In this document: positions 24,521 through 32,380 of the stretch, piece by piece
How positions within the stretch are numbered: the first letter of the stretch is position 1
How the letters are laid out: every line of letters begins with the position of its first letter
NCBI RefSeq assembly: GCF_000150275.1
Contig: NW_002061016.1
Span: 1 to 32,380 of the forward strand
Length of the DNA stretch: 32,380 bases
Source of the DNA: Trichoplax adhaerens
Lineage: Eukaryota; Animalia; Placozoa
Direction of reading: 5' to 3'
Made by a program: the position numbers and the translations under genes
The notes under the pieces: model-generated
What the model was told of the DNA's origin: nothing
What the model saw: the letters and a program-made list of their open reading frames with translations, nothing else
The model's database searches: none

Positions 24521-27500
24521 ATGGCTATAAAAAATACACTGATGATCACTATAAATTTATTCGTTCTCTCAGTTTTGGTAAGTGAAATATTTAGCTATTA
24601 TAGTTTTTAATAATTTAATCTATCGTAAGAAATTTATTTAAAGTATTGCACTTTGAACGTAAGTAGGACAGTTATTTTTAGACTAATGGCATAAATTGCA
24701 TCATCTCTTTTTTTCTGTAGTGATATTTCACGTATAAATAGGAATGAAGTTTATGTCATGTTTAAAACAGAATTATCTGTAATAGATGTAGCAGTAAAAT
24801 TTCCCACTGCCATAAAAGTTACAATAAATTTAATATACTCTGCAGGACTAACAGTTATCTATCTTTAGTCATAATATTACTCTTAACAGTTTCCTTCAAC
24901 AAATGATGACAGAAAATACTTTTCGATTATTTGTTTTAACTTAACACCTTGATTGCACCATAATTAAAGATACTGAAAAGGCAAGCGTTTGCCAAATATT
25001 ACTCAACCACTATAATCATTGCTAAAATGAAAATCACGATAGAGTGCTTTGCATCTTTTTCATTAGGCGTTAATTATCGTCAACAATCAAAAGTCTATGC
25101 CTGGTGGAACCATCATGATCAATTTAGAATGTTTTACTAATGTCGATGATAAAGATAACTCTGGAAATTACTGTGATAATAACATAGCCGATCCTTGCGA
25201 GTATGAATTCCAGATAACATTAGGAACCTTTACTAATAGTACCAAATATTGGAAATTTCGATCCAAAACACTAGCCTATTTTTCCCCACTTGATTTCCAT
25301 CCTGATCAACAATTAAGTGATGATGGGTTAATCAAGACACCCGTAGCGATACCATTTTCCGGCCCTTGGCTTGTAAGTGATCTAAAAATAATTGTAACTA
25401 GTTTCATATGAATAGCTTAGCAATTGTGACGAATCATAATAAGGCTTAGAATAAGATTTGGAGAATAGCCTGTTATTATAATTGATCTTGACCGCACTCT
25501 ATCTCCACCTTGCCAAGCATAGATATTACTACTTGTATTGAATTAGCAATATTTTTAAAGCGGCAGAGCCCAATAGCGTACCATTCCAGTTTGCTATGTA
25601 AGGTGTATTATCTTCACCCTAAATTAATACATCAAACGGGATAGAAACTCTTTTTCTCATGAGGACTAAATAGAAATCAATAAGTTATCTTTCACTCTTT
25701 TTATCTTACATAAAAACAAGATCGTAACAATAGTCGTCAGTCATTGTTAAGACAATATATTATGTTACCAATTCACACGCCATCGAATATAGCAATTTTT
25801 GTTTATATAACGATAGTATCGACACGATTCCTCAGTATAATTAAGAGCTTTGATGATGAGAATGTCAGAGTAGACTGCCAGCCAACCCATGTAGATCAAT
25901 CGATGGATAAATCTAATTAAGATAAAGGCACTCCTTCGGCTTTTAATTAGAGCTTAAACTATGAAAATTTGAAATACCATTACAACTGTGGATAAAGAAT
26001 GTTTAGAATCATTGTATCCAAATATTATTCCGTGGAGTACGTTTCGAGATGCTTGCAATCCCTTTCTATCTGTAAAGAATAAAGTTGTTAAATATAGGAT
26101 TCATCAATAGAATCGGTGATAAATAGTCAGGGAAATAACTCTTTGAAATTGCAATCAACAATTAAATTAAATTTGAAGAGAAAACGGAGTTTCGGACAAG
26201 AAAAAGGTAGCACGGCCAATATCATAACTCCTAAACTAGTTAAAGTGGTATTCACGATTATAAACTTGCGCACGCCAGATCAAAATCCCATGAAGAATAT
26301 TTTTAATCGTAGCAACATACGAGTACTATATAATCTTAGCAGAAGAAACCAATGTAAAGAAGTGATATTAAGATGTTTTTAAAATTCTACCTATATAAAT
26401 CATTTCAAATTTATTATGCTAATACTACGACATAATATTAATCTATAAGGGGTACTTAAAGGTCCGAGTTGAGGTATATGACCGTGATGGGACTGGTCCA
26501 GACTATTCTTATACCGTCATTGACAAATTCGAAGAAATAATCGTCATCGATGAAGGTTCCACGCAAGTTACTGAACTTTTGGGACAACGTCATAATCCAG
26601 CAAGCCTAGTTGTTACCTTTAAGATAACCTGTTTGAATCTTGACTATGGAGCTGTATCTTTCGACGGTAAGGCATCTATAATAAAGATTACTGGAACAGT
26701 ATCGGATAGCGTCTATCGAATTTTTATCTTGACAAGAACAGAATGGAACATTGAGGACCTAGCCAATTGCATATTTCTCAGTTTGTTTCTTCATCCATTT
26801 TTAGGATATCCAACAATTTCCGTACTTTTCGGTGTAATTGTATTAGGAATCTTCAGCCTGGATGTTTGTATCTTACGCTATAGGTTACTTAGGTAAATCA
26901 AACTGGTACTCCTCATACTTTAATGACTTTCATTTCATAATTATAAATTTACCTATCGTAACACAGTAGAATATCTTTAAGCTCAACAATGATATGGCCT
27001 ATCTCGAAAACTATGCAGCCAAATAGGAACATAGGTAGTTAAGAAAATTCTACTTCAGGTCACAGAGTATCTATTAAATTTATTGTCTATTTAATTTTAT
27101 CTTCGCAGTAAAGCAACTTATGGAGTTATATATCTGATGCAGCTAGATTTCAGTTTCGTAAAACGCTATAATTCTATATTCGAATATCAGGTTTATCTAC
27201 AGATCCTAATTTCCCAAAGGCAACTGACCATAGCAATGCAGCATCTGCTGCAAGTAACTATGATTCCTTATATTTCGGTTCAAGTAATTCACTGGTATGG
27301 AATATATTTAATGGCTAATGCCTGTGATAGCTATTTTAAGTTTTCTTAAGTAGATCATTAGCATACGCACTTATCTAATTGAGAAATTTTGAGATGGATC
27401 TGTAATGCAACGAAAATGATTTTCAGAACCCTTTCGATCCGTGTAACCGTCCTTACACCAACCAGAGCATTGTTACTAGACCTAGCGAAAGTAATATAAT

Positions 27501-27663
27501 TGCTCATAATCATGACATTACTTCAATGAACAATAAGAAGAGTGCAAGCCTTCGATATAAAAATCTATTTGATGAGTATGATGATCAATCAATCACTTTC
27601 ATGAACTCTCCTCCAAGTCTAAGTGGATATGAACGCGTTGATGACCCCTATAATAGTATGTAA
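24521..27663 (+). CDS. 7-exon single-pass membrane protein (~358 aa): signal peptide, Notch-ligand N-terminal C2/MNNL domain, vestigial DSL start, TM, Tyr-rich tail
   Basis: Exons 24521-24577, 25067-25372, 26450-26666, 26805-26892, 26967-27034, 27191-27294 and 27427-27663. All introns are GT..AG with compatible phases (1077 nt, no internal stop). The motifs GTIMINLECFTN..KDNSGNYC..C...F.I.L, TPVAIPFSGPWL|GYLKVRVEVYD and SLVVTFKITC...YG parallel Delta's [42 protein letters not shown] and SLEYDFRVTC...YYG. Exons 5-6 are the least certain. Confidence 0.75.
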
Positions 27664-27700
27664 ATCATACTTACTGCTGTATGTCTCAATCCTATAAAGA

Positions 27701-27706
27701 AATAAA
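27701..27706 (+). promoter_or_regulatory. Candidate polyadenylation signal of the MNNL gene
   Basis: AATAAA 38 nt after the stop codon. This hexamer is common by chance in AT-rich DNA. Confidence 0.4.
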
Positions 27707-28559
27707 TTTTGATCACAATGTAAATAATTTCAACTGATTGTATACGAACTTGATAGTTTCCATCCATTTATAAACTGTAAAATCTAACTTAACTGCAAGT
27801 TCTGTTCTAAGAGAAGTTATGTTCATAACAAGATGCGCGAAGATGGTAATATTTCTTAACAAGTCTTAAATAATTGCTCTAGTGCTTGATTTATCGATGA
27901 AAATAAATGTGTCTCTCATTAAAACATCAGGTTTTTATAGAATTAATACTGCGCATTGCAGCTGTTTGTTATCGAAGTTACTCTTCAAATTTAATCACCA
28001 TATTCAAAATCTGTGTCAAACTTAGAATAGAATTTTTATCATTCCTTTTAATCTATTAACCTATTTTTGATATCTGTATATAACTTTAAAATATGTTCTC
28101 TTTGGAGTACAAATTCTATCAATTAGTCCATCAATTATTTTTATAGGGTAATGGTATCCTCTGTATTCATTCTATCACTGATGAGAAGAGAATTAACTGG
28201 ATAACAATATTGTAATAAAAATTATTTTAAATCTAGAACACCCTGACAACTGTCAGATGGAGTAAATTATAGCTTTAATTGTAAAAAATAAATGAGATTA
28301 ATCAGAATTGCTTCGGCATTTCCTTGCTACTTATTAGCTTGACCGTTATAAATTATAATATTTAATTTAAATCATCACTAGACGCCTGCATTTTATCAAT
28401 AATAGCCAATCGAAATACGATGCTCAGGCATTGCTGTTCAAGTTCCTACGCTACACATAATATAGATAAAATTATATTTCTTTTCATTTGCAAACGTGAT
28501 TTTAGGTAGAGATAAGGGAATGATTTTCTTCCGATTTATAATTCAGTCTAATATATGCT

Positions 28560-29950
28560 ACTATATGCATAAATTCTAAATTGATTGAATAAGCAAGTTA
28601 CATTTAAAACAGGATAAAGTACTGCCTAGAAGTGTAGTTAATGTAAAACAATGCGAATAATGTGAAAATAAAATGGAGCAGAAAGAAATAATTGTTAGTG
28701 ATAGTATAATATCTTTAGCACAAATAAAACCTAAATGAAACGTAAGAAATACTTGCATTAACAACAAATAGCCCCTTTTAGATATAAATGTTATTATTTC
28801 TCCATTATCATTACTATTGTAAAAGAAACGATTTATCCAGAGCAATTAAATTTTAAAAGATTAATCAATTACCTATTGCTAGTTGTAATAGTCAACTGAG
28901 CTGGTCATCGAAATCACAATTATTGTTATTAGCGATAAAAGTAAGCAAGATTTTTTGCCTTTATCGTATTACAATTATATATTCCATATCAAGGTCCATG
29001 ACTGTCGCTATCTTAATCTACATTCGAGGGATAAAATGACAACAACATTGTTAAATTATTCACCAGAAAAGCCTTAAAAGCATTCAGATGTGCAGACGTT
29101 AATCTATTCCTTTGCTAATGAGCGAGGCTTCCTTCCTGATTTATAATACCCATTAGCTATCACTATTTTCGTTTATTTGTAAAAAAATCGAATTCATGAT
29201 TTGCTTTTTCCAAAATAATTTAAAAATTGACATTTGATTCTTTTCATAATTGAAAGCATTCTCAGTAATTATATTCATGTTTATGATAAACTCTAACAAT
29301 TCTGGCTACAATAATTACAAATAAAACAATTGGAAATACTATCATAAGCCATGCCTATTAGTCCGCATACAAGCTATTGCTACATCAGCAGTCTCGTCAT
29401 GACAACAGACAATAGCTTTGCTTCAACCAGGAACTTTGTCCTAATGTAGATACCTATTTTCTGTTTTAAGTTCTTTTAATCTCATTTGAAATAGTTCGAA
29501 GAATAGTTTTGTACCCGTGAGAACAGAGTAGATTGATATCGAAGCATTACTAATATAAAAAAAAACTAGCCAGAGGGAACAGCTTGCACCAATGATTGAT
29601 TAGCATTCTATTAATGCTCATCACAATTGCTGTTTGTCATGTTACTAACAACAATCCAAATAGAAAATAATATAATCGCTTACTTTCGCAATAACATCTA
29701 GTTAGGACTGCCGCATAGTGGTATACATTATCATACGGTAATGGTATACATTTTAACTCTCTATTGTAGCATCACATCATAAAGTATTTAGCCATAGTTG
29801 AAAGCTTGTTAAATTAGACGTCAATCAACGTTAAGGCACCTGTTGAATAAAAGATAAGGCAAGATCTAAAAAATATAATTGATTATAGTAAGTTGCAAAT
29901 AATAATCAGCTAGCGAGATCAGAAGTCTGATAAACTATTGACTTGAAGGC
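28560..29950 (-). pseudogene. Decayed class A GPCR of a different (amine/peptide-receptor-like) subfamily
   Basis: Ordered remnants: LLISLADYYL (TM2), FQLWLNTL*CDATIES (TM3, 29803), VYHYAAVLT / IILFSIWIV (IL2/TM4), AWLMIVFPIVLFVIIVARIVRVYHKH (TM5, 29354-29277), FTLFALFYIN / LYPVLN..QFR (TM7/helix 8). ORF 28576-28845 is part of it. Confidence 0.65.
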
Positions 29951-30780
29951 AGAAATCTGTAGATTGACTTTTTATTAAGGTAACAGTGGGTGAATAGCCT
30001 CAATGCTTTCGGCGCTAGAATTTACCTAACTCGATAATAAGTAGTACTGGCAAAGAATATTTACAGCGACAGTAGCATAAATGTGTTTTGTTGTTCCTTA
30101 AATAACAACTATGTATCGTATTTTGATGAAAAAAAATATCATCATATTAGTAGAGCACTTCAATGCACTTGTTTCATTATTCCTATTCTAATTATGATAC
30201 CAATCGCAGTTTCGTAATTTAAGATTGGATGAACACATCATAGGGATTATGCTACCACAACTATTTCTAACTATTCCCCATTGTAATCATGATAGCCTCT
30301 CCCTACGGATGGTACTTATAGTCGAAACCGATATTGACTTTGGTAATCCAACGCTGTTTTAATTTATACGACGTTATAGCGCATTTTAACGATAAATGAA
30401 TAATTAGATTCCTATCATACAACAGTATATTAAAGTTATAGTCATGTTCTGGTGTCTTTGTATTATATCTGCTTGATTGCATGTTATCAACTCTTATGAT
30501 CGTTTAAATAATTATCTTGACGGCTGTTTTATGAAGATACAGTATAAAACCTTTATTAGTTCGCTAAATGCAATAGTACCAACAAGCTACTCAATAATGA
30601 GAGCTTACAGCTATTTTATAGCAAGCCATTGTTATACAAGCTTTAGCTATACAGAAAAAAGTCGCCAATCACACTTTTGTAACTGATTGAAAGTAAGTGG
30701 AGAAGATAATAGCGATGAAATGAAAATAATTTAGATTCATTATATGGTTGTTATACAGTACATGAAGCTATTTGACATAA

Positions 30781-31160
30781 TGTGATAAAATCCAATCACG
30801 AAAATTCCAAAGTTGTAGAAAATTAGAACTTTATTAGATCTAATACAAAGACTAGCTACACACAGCTCTACTATAGCCGAATACAACTATTGAAGGACTT
30901 CTAGATAGAACGAACTGAATAGTTTAAGTTGCCAGCTTATATTCATTTCGTAGCAGTCACAGCCATAATCAACATAGCAACAGTCTACCTTAATTTACAC
31001 ATAGTCAAATTATTATCAAAGACAATATTTTACAGCGGACCATCATTAATCCGATATGGAAACAACTACAGTATTTCCGTAGATATTATTCTTAGCAGTT
31101 AAAGTTACATCTTACTAACATAGCTAAAAGTCTACAATCACAATACTAAGTTTCGTTATA
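30781..31160 (-). mobile_element. Solo-LTR-like element, shorter copy of 7441-8000
   Basis: Aligns to 7441-7770 and 7954-8000. Starts TG, ends TA (CA>TA), with a perfect TSD CATAA (30776-80 / 31161-65). Confidence 0.82.
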
Positions 31161-31544
31161 CATAATAAGCTGGAAAGTTCATGATTGATAATCATAATAG
31201 TATTATATCTGAAAAGAAGCAAAATCATAAGGGCAATTCGATGGCAATTAAAAATTCTATGGCAATATTGGCTGAATGCATGTCATTTTTCACCCCGTAA
31301 CGAAGTTCGACAACATATATAACAATTTATAACTACCGAAGTTAAGATGAATAAACCAGTAAGAATTTAATAATAACTACTAGGCTAGACAGGATCGGTT
31401 GAAGAAACAATAATTTTAACGTATGATGGAAAGCTTAAAACTCATTATCAACTACCCTTATCTATTTCTCTCGATTTGCTACAAATCGAATCTTTCATAT
31501 ACAGTAGCGCGCGTTATTTTGAGTACCTCAATAATTTGTATCAT

Positions 31545-32086
31545 ATGAAGATCATTCAAAATTTTTTACCTACCTTCACCTACTTAGAGTTAAATTATCT
31601 AGACTTTAGGCTAATAATAGGGCCGATATCAGTCACTATGTTAACTGATTGTAGGGCATTTTGCAAAATGACTGATTTCGCATCCGGCCTCGTTCAGCCT
31701 GACTATAGTGACTTGATTTGTATCAAGACTGCCAAATGTAAAGGATCCACAGCAGTCCGATCACCTGCTATTTACCGATGTATCTCAAAATTAATACAAT
31801 ACTCCACCCAAATAATGAATGTATCATTACGCAACGCAAAAGCTATTTTAATAGGCCTTTTGGTAATGTAAACATATTACATTTGAATTTTTTGGACAAC
31901 CCAGTCCGCAAATAAGCTAACGCTTTTGATGTAATAACCGTTTTAGATGCATTAGATATATAGAATGGCTCTTTTTTAAGAACACATTACCGATGCCGTA
32001 TTAGTTGTAAAGATTAAGACATCTACAAGCACAATAAACTGTTCACAATGATCTATTTCGAATGATAACTGGATTACCGATCGATG
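31545..32086 (+). pseudogene. Decayed LRR ectodomain (LGR4/5-like), truncated by the assembly gap
   Basis: An N-cap-like DCRAFCK...ICIKTAKCKGS..VRSPA is followed by frameshifted LPMYLKINTILHPNNECI, NVNILHLNFLDNPVRK*ANAFDVITVLDALDI*NGSFLR, TLPMPY*L*RLRHLQAQ and MITGLPID. These resemble LGR5 [36 protein letters not shown] (recalled). Confidence 0.65.
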
Positions 32087-32137
32087 NNNNNNNNNNNNNN
32101 NNNNNNNNNNNNNNNNNNNNNNNNNNNNNNNNNNNNN
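32087..32137. other. Assembly gap (51 N)
   Basis: Run of N. Confidence 1.
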
Positions 32138-32380
32138 GCGATACCATTTTCCGGCCCTTGGCTTGTAAGTGATCTAAAAATAATTGTAACTAGCTTCATA
32201 TGAATAGCTTAGCAATTGTGACGAATCATAATAAGGCTTAGAATAAGATTTGGAGAATAGCATGTCATTATAATCGATCTTGACCGCACTCTATCTCCAC
32301 CTTGCCAAGCATAGATATTACTACTTGTATTGAATTAACAATATTTTTAAAGCGGCAGAGCCCAATATCGTACCATTCCA
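32138..32380 (+). repeat. Near-identical copy of 25346-25588 (end of MNNL exon 2 plus intron 2)
   Basis: 243 bp, 6 substitutions (all intronic), no indels. It starts immediately after the gap. Confidence 0.97.

Noticed and set aside
26116-26382. 88-aa ORF, and possible coding relic on the minus strand, in intron 2
   Set aside because: GTG start, and no recognisable family in any frame.
27137-27349. 70-aa ORF as the C-terminus of the MNNL gene
   Set aside because: The alternative frame splices cleanly to the last exon and looks like a normal low-complexity tail. Not fully excluded.
7441-31160. Full-length retrotransposon bounded by the two related LTRs
   Set aside because: Each copy has its own TSD, they are 23 kb apart, and no gag/pol was recognised between them.

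Overview
AT-rich eukaryotic (animal) genomic DNA with short GT-AG introns. The composition, compact introns and single-exon LGR-like GPCR array suggest a placozoan such as Trichoplax (inference only). The window is a cluster of receptor genes, most of them decaying. (1) Four tandem single-exon, ectodomain-less LGR/RXFP-type GPCR paralogs: one intact, one with a single frameshift, one with 3 stops, one heavily deleted. There is also an unrelated decayed class A GPCR. (2) A ~5-kb minus-strand fossil with Toll-like receptor architecture (signal, LRRs, Cys cap, TM, TIR boxes 1-3), broken by solo-LTR insertions. (3) Three more decayed LRR-coding remnants and repeated death-fold-like relics. (4) A 7-exon gene for a single-pass protein with a Notch-ligand N-terminal C2/MNNL domain but no intact DSL or EGF repeats, and a tyrosine/ITIM-rich tail. 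Part of this gene is repeated after an assembly gap at the window end. (5) At least 6-8 solo-LTR-like elements with TG..CA ends and 5-bp TSDs, and two copies of a short Helitron-like element. All translations were done by hand; no database searches were run.
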